In this document: piece by piece, positions 10,764 through 18,772 of the stretch | How the letters are laid out: each line of letters opens with the position of its first letter | How positions within the stretch are numbered: position 1 is the first letter of the stretch | Source: Candidatus Aerophobota bacterium | Lineage (GTDB): Bacteria > Aerophobota > Aerophobia > Aerophobales > Aerophobaceae | Length of the DNA: 43,390 nt | Assembly: GCA_030672545.1 (NCBI GenBank) | Contig: DAOVGF010000071.1 | Span: forward strand, 1 to 43,390 | Direction of reading: 5' to 3' | Notes under the pieces: model-generated | What the model saw: only the letters and a program-made list of their open reading frames with translations | What the model was told of the DNA's origin: nothing | Database searches by the model: none | Program-made: the position numbers and the translations under genes

Positions 10764-10816
10764 CTCGCTCCACTCCTCGCAATGACAGTGGGAGGCTAAA
10801 GCCTCCCCATTCTACA
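10764..10816. repeat. Composite intergenic repeat: family-2 3' module plus one REP-like hairpin
   Basis: CTCGCTCCACTCCTCGCAATGACA is followed by GGGAGGC-TAAA-GCCTCCC (10790-10807) and CTAC (10812-10815). Confidence 0.8.
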
Positions 10817-12454
10817 TTATCTAACAATAGCTATTTTTCCCAGCCTTTTATTACCAGTTTCATCAGTAATCAGATAAATGTAAATACCTCTGGCTACTTC
10901 TTCTCCATTTTGATTCCGGCAATCCCAGGTAGATTTTTGAGATAAAGTCCTGATCAATTCTCCCGAGACAGTGTAAATACTAATCTTCACTCCCTCACCC
11001 AGAGGAAGATTAACAAAATTGATCAACTGACCTCTCTCTAAATAACAGGGATTAGGATAGACAAACACTTCCTCCAGATTTTCCGGTGAACCCAACTGAA
11101 CATAAATACTGCCCCCATTAAAAGTGTCTTTGGGCACATCCTGAGAGACTACTTTTGGATATTCCACACTCAGATAGGTAACCTGACCGGTGGTATCGCT
11201 ACCAGTGTGACTACCGGCCGGCAAATCATCTACTTTGAGCCAGGTTTCTTCATCAGGATGAGAGGTATAGGAAGTTAAGTCTACCACGATATTTTGATTT
11301 ACCGGATGTTCGGCTTCGTGCCAGATGCCCTCATCATCCCGATACCAACTACCACCCAGGTTGAGCAGGCAGATAAAATCCCATTCCGGATTTAGGGGAT
11401 CTTCTCCCCCCCGAAGGGTTACCTTCAATTCTCCTCTTTTTTCGTGATTTAAGCCAAATATTCCGTAAGCAGTAGGTATGTATCCCTGCTTATCAGTCAT
11501 AATCCAGGCTTCCTGATAGCTTTCATCTCTCATATAATCATAGGACATCCAGCAAAATCCCTTCGTTCCCAGGTCAGCGTCTTCCAATCCCCAGTCAGAT
11601 CCCCAGGAATTGACTACCCAGAAGGCACCGTATTTGGTTTCGCTACCATCCCAGTAAGACCTATCATCATCATAGCCAATCACCGTTAGGGCGTGCCCTC
11701 CCAGATAGCTTCCCACATTATGGAAAAGAACCCCGTTGTTTATCCCCTCGGCATCGTCAGGATAATCATAATAAAAATTATCGTATACCGGAATGGCCAT
11801 GGTGGCCAGATCTCCGTTAGTTAAATGTTGCTTCAGAAGATTGATTCCAGTATCAGTACTCAAGTCAATTTCTGCTACCGTATCGGCTCGATAGGGAATG
11901 GCCCGGCGCCAGCCTCCCTCCTCAGGCCAGGATATATAGTCACTATCGTCATAGGGTATGTCTTCCCAGGTAGCACAGCCCAGCTCCACCATCAACTGCA
12001 TGATAAAGAGAGGCCAGCTTCCGCCGTCATATCCTCCATTAACTAAGTTGTAGCCAAAAGCGGGACTGGATACCTGCTCAGGATGCGTACCCGGGTTAGG
12101 ATGATCCCAACCATGCTCCTTTGACTCCTGATAAGTTTTGTAATAGTAGCAAACCGACCAGGCGGCACAACTTCCCTGCTGTCCTTGACTACCTACCACC
12201 GGAAGCCATTGGTAGTTCTTCACCGCTGAAGCTAAGTCTACTCGCCTACCAGGCCTAAGAAGATATCTGTCCCGAGCCAGTTTATTGGGCTCGATAAATT
12301 TGACCTTCTTGACTTTTCCCTGGAGATATTCCATTTCTTCTGGAGTAGGAGGCCGGATCCCGTTTCTAAAAGGGGGAATAGCATATCCCGCTACGGATAA
12401 AAACAAGAATGACAACATCAGCGTACCAGCAACTATTTTCATTTTTCCTCTCAT
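10817..12454 (-). CDS. Secreted papain-family (C1) cysteine peptidase with T9SS-type C-terminal sorting domain
   Basis: The protein has a signal peptide and a catalytic Cys in 'QGQQGSCAAWSV'. The catalytic His is in 'GGHALTVIGYDD' and the Asn/Trp in 'VVNSWGSDWG'. The last ~85 aa ('VYPNP...ISIYTVSGELIRTL...WDCRNQNGEEVARGIYIYLI...KIAIVR') fit the Por secretion tail / FlgD-Ig-like CTD pattern. Confidence 0.8.
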   Translation of the reverse strand: MRGKMKIVAGTLMLSFLFLSVAGYAIPPFRNGIRPPTPEEMEYLQGKVKKVKFIEPNKLARDRYLLRPGRRVDLASAVKNYQWLPVVGSQGQQGSCAAWSVCYYYKTYQESKEHGWDHPNPGTHPEQVSSPAFGYNLVNGGYDGGSWPLFIMQLMVELGCATWEDIPYDDSDYISWPEEGGWRRAIPYRADTVAEIDLSTDTGINLLKQHLTNGDLATMAIPVYDNFYYDYPDDAEGINNGVLFHNVGSYLGGHALTVIGYDDDRSYWDGSETKYGAFWVVNSWGSDWGLEDADLGTKGFCWMSYDYMRDESYQEAWIMTDKQGYIPTAYGIFGLNHEKRGELKVTLRGGEDPLNPEWDFICLLNLGGSWYRDDEGIWHEAEHPVNQNIVVDLTSYTSHPDEETWLKVDDLPAGSHTGSDTTGQVTYLSVEYPKVVSQDVPKDTFNGGSIYVQLGSPENLEEVFVYPNPCYLERGQLINFVNLPLGEGVKISIYTVSGELIRTLSQKSTWDCRNQNGEEVARGIYIYLITDETGNKRLGKIAIVR

Positions 12455-12485
12455 TTTCGACTCCTAAGATGACAACTCGTACCTG

Positions 12486-12667
12486 GCGCAATCTTCGGGT
12501 TGCGTTTATTTTTCGCCGGCTAAAGCCTGCGGCTACCAAAACCTGAGATTGCCACGTCGCTCCGCTCCTCGCAATGACATACTGACGAACGCCGGCTAAA
12601 GCCTGCGGCTACCGGATCATAACTGGGAGGTTAAAACCTCCCCTACCCGGACTGGCCTGCGGTTACC
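12486..12667. repeat. Cluster of REP-like units and a family-2 module
   Basis: The cluster starts with a UUCG-loop hairpin (12486-12505) followed by GCCGGC-TAAA-GCCTGC-GG-CTAC (12515-12536). Next come the family-2 module CCTGAGATTGCC...CTCCTCGCAATGACA (12542-12579) and a second GCCGGC-TAAA-GCCTGC-GG-CTAC (12591-12612). It ends with GGGAGGT-TAAA-ACCTCCC-CTAC (12625-12646) and a half copy, GCCTGCGGTTACC, that overlaps the ogt stop codon. Confidence 0.85.
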
Positions 12668-13187
12668 ATTTACCGGGTGACTTCACCTTGCCTTCTGAGA
12701 AAGTTAATCCTTCCCGTTCCAACAGCCTTATTTTGAGATTTAGTCCGGCCCCAAAACCACCCAGACCTCCATCGCTGGCGATAACCCGATGGCAGGGAAC
12801 AATGATGGGAAAAGGATTTTTGCCCAAAATTTGTCCTACGGCTCGAAAGCCGCGACTACCTATCTCCTGAGCTATCCATTTGTAAGAGCGAACCTGACCA
12901 TAGGGGATAAGACGAGTCTGAGCCCAAACTCTTTGGGCTACGGGAGAATAATCACTTAGCGGAAGATAATACCGGGAAAAATCAACTTTTTCCCCGCGGG
13001 CATAAACTTGCAAGTCTTTTTTTAACTGCCGGAGAACGGGAGAAAGAGACTTAGAGAAATGCTCAGTTAGACTGGACTCTTTCAAAATATTTTCTTGGCT
13101 ATCAGAGAGAAAAGTTCTGATTAAACAATTTCCTTGAGCCAGAGCGGCAAACCAAAAAAAATCAAGATTAACGGTGAAAAAGTTCAC
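12663..13187 (-). CDS. ogt: Methylated-DNA--protein-cysteine methyltransferase
   Basis: The ORF has the active-site motif 'IIVPCHRVI'. It uses a GTG start with GGAGG upstream. Confidence 0.85.
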   Translation of the reverse strand: MNFFTVNLDFFWFAALAQGNCLIRTFLSDSQENILKESSLTEHFSKSLSPVLRQLKKDLQVYARGEKVDFSRYYLPLSDYSPVAQRVWAQTRLIPYGQVRSYKWIAQEIGSRGFRAVGQILGKNPFPIIVPCHRVIASDGGLGGFGAGLNLKIRLLEREGLTFSEGKVKSPGKW

Positions 13188-13282
13188 CTTACCTCCCCCC
13201 TAACGGTTTAGTTTATGGAAAATTTTACTTTTTCTAAAACTACTCTCTTTTCTGTCATTCCCAGTCTACCAGAGGTAGGCGT

Positions 13283-13450
13283 GGCAGCATGTCCTCTTGG
13301 GGATTGCTAAGCCTGTTCCGAGCCCAGCGAGGAATCTCGCTCCTCGCCATGACAGTGGGAGGCTAAAGCCTCCCCTACCCCTTTGGAGGGGCCTCGCAAT
13401 GACCGCGGAGGGGCTGCACTCCTCGCCATGACAGGCGAAGGAACTCTCAA
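13283..13450. repeat. Family-2 dispersed element (full-length-like copy) with an embedded REP-like hairpin
   Basis: Both ends are shared with the copy at 1-128 (GGATTGCnnAGCCTGTTyCGArCmmAGyGAGGAATCTCGCT ... CTCCTCGCmATGwC...TCTCAAC). The copy contains GGGAGGC-TAAA-GCCTCCC-CTAC (13357-13378) and three CTCGCmATGAC cores. It ends 1-2 nt from the uvrC stop codon. Confidence 0.8.
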
Positions 13451-13451
13451 C

Positions 13452-15242
13452 TCACGGCTGTTCTACCCCAAGATACCGATGAATAGTTTTCGCCTTGATT
13501 GGACCGATTCCGGTAATTTTTTGCAGTTCCTCAGGTGGACTTTTTTTAAGATATCCCAAAGACTTATAGTGAGACAGAAGGAGTTGTTTAGTCATCTCTC
13601 CTATTCCGGGAATCTCCTCCAGAGAGGAAACCCTCATTTTTTTCTCCCGTCGGCCTCGATGATAAGAATGAGCGAAACGGTGCGCCTCATCTCTTATCTC
13701 TTGAAGAAGTCTTAGAGCCGCAGAACTCCGGGGAATATCCAGAGAAAGCTTTTCAAAAGGAACATAAACCTCCTCAAATTCCTTGGCCAAGCCTACCAGA
13801 GGAATACAATCCAGGCCAAGTTCCTTGAGAACCTTCCAGCAGGTAGAAACCTGACCCTTACCTCCATCTACCAAAATTAAGTCCGGAAGAGACTTTTTCT
13901 CCCTCAATTGTCTTCGGTACCGACGATGAACTACTTCGGCCAACATGGCAAAATCATTTATTCCCTTAACTGTTTTGATTTTGAATTTCCGATACTCTGA
14001 TTTTCTGGCTTTCCCTTCCTCAAAAACTACCATTGAGCCGACAGCTTCTTCCCCTCGAATGTTGGAGATATCAAAACCCTCTATTCTCTGGGGAATCTTT
14101 CCCAAACTTAAATGGGACTTGAGTTCACTTAAGGCTTCTTCTTTACCTTGAGCCCGGTATTGATAAAGAATAAGAGTAGCGTTTTCTCGAGCTAATTTCA
14201 TCAATCTTAACTTTTCACCCCGACGAGGAACCTTAATTTCTATCTTTTTCCCTCTTTTTTCTGATAACCAGGAGGCAATCTCTCCAGTCTCTTCAACTGC
14301 TGTCGGAATAAGTATTTCCGAAGGAATGAAAAAGTTACGCAGATAGTACTGTTTAAGAAAGGGAACTATTATTTCTTCTTCTCTGGTCTCTTTGTTTATC
14401 CGGATAAAAAAATGATTCTTACCTATTAGCCTTCCTTCTCTAACCATAAAGACCACCGCACAGGTTTCTTTTCCCGCCGTAGCCAGAGAAATGAGATCTC
14501 TGTCTCCTCCCAAAAAAGAAGCTACCCTCTGGCCCTGATTCATTCTTTGAACAGCCCAAATGGAATCCCTGAGCTTAACAGCTTCTTCAAATCTTTCCTC
14601 CCGTGAGGCTTGCATCATCCTCTTTTCCAGGCTAAAAAGCAGACTCTGGTAATGACCCCGCAAAAAAAGAAGAACACCATCAACCAACAAGGAGTACTTC
14701 TTCTCATCAATCGCTCCCACGCAGGGGGCACTGCATTCTTTAATGTGATAATGCAAACAAGGTCGGACTCTGTACTTAAACTCTCCCTGGCATCGCCTTA
14801 AAGGAAAAAAATGGTGGACTAATTGAAGAGACTTCTTGGCCGCCCGGACATTAGTATAAGGACCAAAATATAAAGAACCATCTTTTTGGGGGTTACGGGT
14901 CAAAAAAACTCGGGGGAAAAACTCCTTTATGGTCAGCTTGATAAAGGGATAAGACTTATCATCCCTGAACTGAATGTTATAGTGAGGGTGGCATTGTTTA
15001 ATTAAGTTGTATTCTAACAGAAATGCCTCTGATTCAGACTGAGTAACTATCCACTCGACATCACCTATTCGAGTAATTAGTGAGGTTAAACGGGGAGAAA
15101 GGAAGGTCTTTTGGAAATAAGAAGGAACTCTCTTCTTAAGGGAGAGAGCTTTACCAACGTAAAGCACCTTTCCTTTTTGATCTTTTAGAAGATAAACTCC
15201 CGATTTTTCGGGCAAGAGACTCAGTTTCTCTTTCAAATTCAA
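13452..15242 (-). CDS. uvrC: Excinuclease ABC subunit C
   Basis: The 596-aa ORF has the GIY-YIG N-terminus 'GVYLLKDQKGKVLYVGKA', a UVR domain and a C-terminal HhH ('GIGPIKAKTI'). It uses a TTG start with GAGGAGG 8 nt upstream. Confidence 0.95.
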   Translation of the reverse strand: MNLKEKLSLLPEKSGVYLLKDQKGKVLYVGKALSLKKRVPSYFQKTFLSPRLTSLITRIGDVEWIVTQSESEAFLLEYNLIKQCHPHYNIQFRDDKSYPFIKLTIKEFFPRVFLTRNPQKDGSLYFGPYTNVRAAKKSLQLVHHFFPLRRCQGEFKYRVRPCLHYHIKECSAPCVGAIDEKKYSLLVDGVLLFLRGHYQSLLFSLEKRMMQASREERFEEAVKLRDSIWAVQRMNQGQRVASFLGGDRDLISLATAGKETCAVVFMVREGRLIGKNHFFIRINKETREEEIIVPFLKQYYLRNFFIPSEILIPTAVEETGEIASWLSEKRGKKIEIKVPRRGEKLRLMKLARENATLILYQYRAQGKEEALSELKSHLSLGKIPQRIEGFDISNIRGEEAVGSMVVFEEGKARKSEYRKFKIKTVKGINDFAMLAEVVHRRYRRQLREKKSLPDLILVDGGKGQVSTCWKVLKELGLDCIPLVGLAKEFEEVYVPFEKLSLDIPRSSAALRLLQEIRDEAHRFAHSYHRGRREKKMRVSSLEEIPGIGEMTKQLLLSHYKSLGYLKKSPPEELQKITGIGPIKAKTIHRYLGVEQP

Positions 15243-15339
15243 CTGAAAGTCCTCCTCGTAGAGTAAGCCGCCTAGAAGATACCAATTTGGTTTCTGCGGA
15301 ACTCCCGTTTTCCTTCATTGCCCGGTTGTCCAGGAGAAA

Positions 15340-15377
15340 CCTGAGATTGCTTCGGGACTTCCTCCCTGGCAATGACA
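15340..15377. repeat. Family-2 core module (short copy)
   Basis: CCTGAGATTGCTTCGGGACTTCCTCCCTGGCAATGACA lies in the uvrC upstream region. Confidence 0.7.
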
Positions 15378-15398
15378 AAGAAGGAATTTGATACCTTC

Positions 15399-15420
15399 AA
15401 AAAACCATTGCTGCGGCAAT
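15399..15420 (-). terminator. Weak candidate intrinsic terminator after the DUF523-like gene
   Basis: The minus strand reads ATTGC-CGCA-GCAAT followed by GGTTTTTT, starting immediately after the stop codon. The stem is only 5 bp. Confidence 0.3.
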
Positions 15421-15894
15421 TTATTGTGTAATCTTCGATCTCAATCTCTTTAGAGATTCATCCACTCTTTTGAAATCAAATTCCACCACCTCAAAATGAA
15501 TCCTTTGCCTAAGTTCCTTCAAAAAAATTCCCCGGCCGGGGATGAGCTCACCGGCAACATAAATTTCAGAGAATGAACAACAGGGAGAGCGAGCTATGGA
15601 AATTAAAAGAAGAGAAGAGCTTACGGATAATTTTTTTAAGAAGGAACCGACTCGATGGGCCAACTGGCCACAGAATTCCGGAAACCCTTCTACTCGTTCC
15701 CACTCATCCTTATCTTTTTTTTCTCTATGGCCGGCAAAGAGATACTCCGGACAGGGTAATTGCTCCACGGGAAAAGGATAATGAGAAAGAAGTTGGAGAA
15801 TCTTTTTCTCAACACCGGGGGAGATATCACCCCCGGCTCTGGTTGATTGATTGAGAAGACAGTGGCAAACCAAAATAATTTTAGTTAATTCCAT
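15421..15894 (-). CDS. DUF523-like protein
   Basis: I prefer the ATG at 15894 (the 'MELTKIILV' start). 'ILVCHCLLNQSTRAGG', 'LPCPEYLFAG' and 'ARSPCCSFSEIYVAG' resemble the DUF523 pattern (CLLG..RYDG / CPE / SPSCG). Confidence 0.5.
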   Translation of the reverse strand: MELTKIILVCHCLLNQSTRAGGDISPGVEKKILQLLSHYPFPVEQLPCPEYLFAGHREKKDKDEWERVEGFPEFCGQLAHRVGSFLKKLSVSSSLLLISIARSPCCSFSEIYVAGELIPGRGIFLKELRQRIHFEVVEFDFKRVDESLKRLRSKITQ

Positions 15895-16442
15895 CTCTTT
15901 GATTGGAGAAAGGTTAATATGGTATTTCCGTATTTTTTCTCTTTCCACACCCGAAAATGACTTATTCCCTCAAAATTAACCGATTCATGAGAAGAATGTT
16001 GGACAATAACTGTAAGACATCTAGCTTGTTTTTCTTCGATAATCTCAAGAGTTCTTTCTTGCAAATCCCGAAAATAAGGAGGACCGATAAAAATAATGTC
16101 GTATTTCTCTTTATTCAGCAGATGAGGAAAAGAAGTAATGACATCTCCTCTCAATATTACAGCTTTATCCAGAAGATGACAACGATCCAGATTCTCCCGA
16201 ATAATCTCCAGGCAAGCAGGATTTTTCTCCACGAAAGTAGCCTGGCCGGCCAACCTACTGAGAGCCTCTATACCTACTGCTCCAGAACCGGCGTAGAGAT
16301 CCAGGAAACGGCTATTGACCACATCCTCTCTGAGCACGTCAAAGAGTGACTTTCTTATCCGTGAGAGAAGCGGTCGAGTGGACATTCCCCGGAGAGTCTT
16401 TATTTTTCTGCCTTTAGCTAAACCACCGCTGATAACTATCAT
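15885..16442 (-). CDS. rsmD: 16S rRNA (guanine966-N2)-methyltransferase RsmD
   Basis: I prefer the ATG at 16442 ('MIVISGGLAKGRKIKT...'). The protein has the SAM motif 'FLDLYAGSGAVGIEALSR' and the 'DIIFIGPPY' motif. Confidence 0.8.
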   Translation of the reverse strand: MIVISGGLAKGRKIKTLRGMSTRPLLSRIRKSLFDVLREDVVNSRFLDLYAGSGAVGIEALSRLAGQATFVEKNPACLEIIRENLDRCHLLDKAVILRGDVITSFPHLLNKEKYDIIFIGPPYFRDLQERTLEIIEEKQARCLTVIVQHSSHESVNFEGISHFRVWKEKKYGNTILTFLQSKRWN

Positions 16443-16458
16443 AACAAAGTAGACAGCT

Positions 16459-18723
16459 TTAGAAAGCTTCGCCCATACCAAAATAAAACTTAGCTTCTCC
16501 TTCCTTACCGAATCCCCAATCAAAACGAAGAATACCCAAAGGTAATCTCATATTCAATCCACATCCCCAACCAACCGCGTAATCTTCCATAACCGAATCC
16601 CCTCCCCAGACTCTTCCAGTATCCAGAAAAACACTAAACATCATTTCTTCATTCAAGGGTAGGCGAAGCTCCGCTGTTCCCAGTAGAACTCTATCTCCCC
16701 GAAACTCGTTTAGTTCGTATCCTCTTAAGGTATCCTGTCCCCCAATATAGAACTCCTCATAATAAGGCAACCGCTCGCCCAGTAGTCCCCGAAGCCTTAC
16801 GGCTAAGATGGGAGATTTCCAAAAATCACCTTGCCGCCAATAACCTCGCCACTCCGCCCGATATTTAATAAAATCAATATCTCCTCCCAGGAATCCCCCG
16901 CTTTCTTCCACCGATAAAGAAGACAAAGAACCCCGGTAAGAATTAAAAGCTTCATCTCGAACACGTAGATCATTCCTCAGGACTAACTCTACACTCCGTC
17001 CGACCGTCTCTCCTGATTCTACATCTTCAGGAAGAGGTTTATTCTCCAGTTCACTAATATCTACATTTTCATTCTTCAAATTAACAAATACGTCCCAATT
17101 TGGCAGCAAAGATCTACCCACTCCTATCCCGAATCCCAGGACTCCTTTTTGGTAGCCTTCCTCGGTCCAAGAATAGGTAGTATTCCGGCTATAGGCTTTC
17201 AAAGTAACTTTGGTGGGAGTATCTCCCCACCAGCGGTCCAGATAACTTACATCATATTCATTATTATCCTGACCAAATTCCCAATCCACAGCAATTTTCT
17301 TTCCCTGACCCCAGAGATTATCCCTGGCTAATTGAATAAACCCTCCCAGTCCAGTGGCTGAACTGTAGGTAGCACCCAGATAGAGCCGTCCCAAACGCTC
17401 ATCTTCCTTAACTTTCAGGGATAAATCAATCCGGGAAGGTGAAGAAGTTTGGTGAGTTTCAATGTCTATGCTCTTGAAAAAACCCAGATTATAAAGTCGT
17501 CGCCATCCCTCTCGGATCATACGGGTGTTCAGGATATCTCCTTCCTTAAGGGGGAAAGTATGTTTAAAGACCCTTACCTGGGTTTTCTCATTTCCTTCAA
17601 GGTTAATTTTCCCTACTCTTACTTGTTGACCCTCTTCAATCCCGAGAACTATTCTGACTAAAGTCTCTCCTTTTATAAACTGGACATCCGGGATAATTCG
17701 GGCATAAACATAACCTTTTTCTCCGTACTTATTCTGAATTCTCTCTATACTTTTCCTAATCTCTTTCGGATTGAAAACCCCTCCCCGGCCAGGTTGGAAC
17801 TGGTCAATAATTTCAGAGGTAGTGAAAAGGTGTGCTCCCTCTACCTTAATCTCGGAAACAGTTAACTTCTTACCCTCAACGAGGGGAAGGAAAATCCTTA
17901 CCCAATCTTCCTTCTTTTTCTGGAAATAAACATACCGTGGTTCTTCAAAATAGGCAAAATAATAGCCGGCCTGACGATAGATATCAATTAACCGAGTCAT
18001 ATCCTCCTTCAGCACATCAGGATCAAAGAAGCGACGATATTTGGTTTTCATATGAATTCTAAGTTTTGCCTCTGAAAAAGTAGTATTTCCCTCTATCTCT
18101 ACCTCTACCACTTTGGCTCGCTTACCCTTTTTGATAGTAAACAGGGCCCGGCATTCCCCCTTCTGAAAAGGTGAAGAAGAAACCTCGACTTCCATTAAAG
18201 TATATCCCTTTCCTCGATAATACTCTTTAATCTTTTCTCGAGATTCCCTCACCTTATCATAATTCCAAATTTCCCCCTTCTGAAGAGGAATTAACTTTTG
18301 GATATCCTTTCCTTCTCTCTCTCCAACTCCCACTACCTTGATTTCAACTATTAGAGGATTTTCTTCAACCTGATAGATAAGAATAACCCCCTCCTTACTT
18401 TCTTCTTTAAGAGCTTTAACTGAAGAGAATAAACCCATCTTATAGATAGCTTTCAAGTCTTCCCGTACATCCTCCGCTGAGAGTAACTGCTCCAGTTCAC
18501 TTTTAATGACCTCCAGAATCTCTTCTGTTCTCACATTCAAACTTCCCCGGATGATAATTTCTTTAATTATACCCGAGGAGCCGTTCCCAGCCAAAGCAGG
18601 CAGGCTAACAAAAACAAGAAACATACCCAGAACCAAGCCATTTCTTATTCTACTAATAAATTCCCTCTCCTTTCGGCAGAGGGAATTTATTCCTTCTCCC
18701 AAAACATTTTCTGAAATAACCAT
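16459..18723 (-). CDS. bamA: Outer-membrane protein assembly factor BamA
   Basis: The 754-aa ORF has repeated POTRA-like modules ('I..I.V.GN......I') followed by a C-terminal beta-barrel ending '...FYFGMGEAF'. Confidence 0.9.
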   Translation of the reverse strand: MVISENVLGEGINSLCRKEREFISRIRNGLVLGMFLVFVSLPALAGNGSSGIIKEIIIRGSLNVRTEEILEVIKSELEQLLSAEDVREDLKAIYKMGLFSSVKALKEESKEGVILIYQVEENPLIVEIKVVGVGEREGKDIQKLIPLQKGEIWNYDKVRESREKIKEYYRGKGYTLMEVEVSSSPFQKGECRALFTIKKGKRAKVVEVEIEGNTTFSEAKLRIHMKTKYRRFFDPDVLKEDMTRLIDIYRQAGYYFAYFEEPRYVYFQKKKEDWVRIFLPLVEGKKLTVSEIKVEGAHLFTTSEIIDQFQPGRGGVFNPKEIRKSIERIQNKYGEKGYVYARIIPDVQFIKGETLVRIVLGIEEGQQVRVGKINLEGNEKTQVRVFKHTFPLKEGDILNTRMIREGWRRLYNLGFFKSIDIETHQTSSPSRIDLSLKVKEDERLGRLYLGATYSSATGLGGFIQLARDNLWGQGKKIAVDWEFGQDNNEYDVSYLDRWWGDTPTKVTLKAYSRNTTYSWTEEGYQKGVLGFGIGVGRSLLPNWDVFVNLKNENVDISELENKPLPEDVESGETVGRSVELVLRNDLRVRDEAFNSYRGSLSSLSVEESGGFLGGDIDFIKYRAEWRGYWRQGDFWKSPILAVRLRGLLGERLPYYEEFYIGGQDTLRGYELNEFRGDRVLLGTAELRLPLNEEMMFSVFLDTGRVWGGDSVMEDYAVGWGCGLNMRLPLGILRFDWGFGKEGEAKFYFGMGEAF

Positions 18724-18746
18724 ATAACTAACCTATCCTTTGTTCT

Positions 18747-18772
18747 AAGAAAATGGGAGACTAAAGTCTCCC
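18747..18772 (-). terminator. REP-like hairpin plus T-rich tail, a candidate terminator/attenuator between clpC and bamA
   Basis: The minus strand reads GTAG-GGGAGAC-TTTA-GTCTCCC-ATTTTCTT. The element lies 35 nt after the clpC stop and about 25 nt before the bamA ATG. Confidence 0.4.

Noticed and set aside
13383-13715. A plus-strand 110-aa ORF lies here, and a minus-strand 75-aa ORF lies at 15151-15378.
   Set aside because: Both are assembled from repeat-family sequence plus the antisense or 5' edge of uvrC. Neither has an SD, and both overlap a strongly supported gene.
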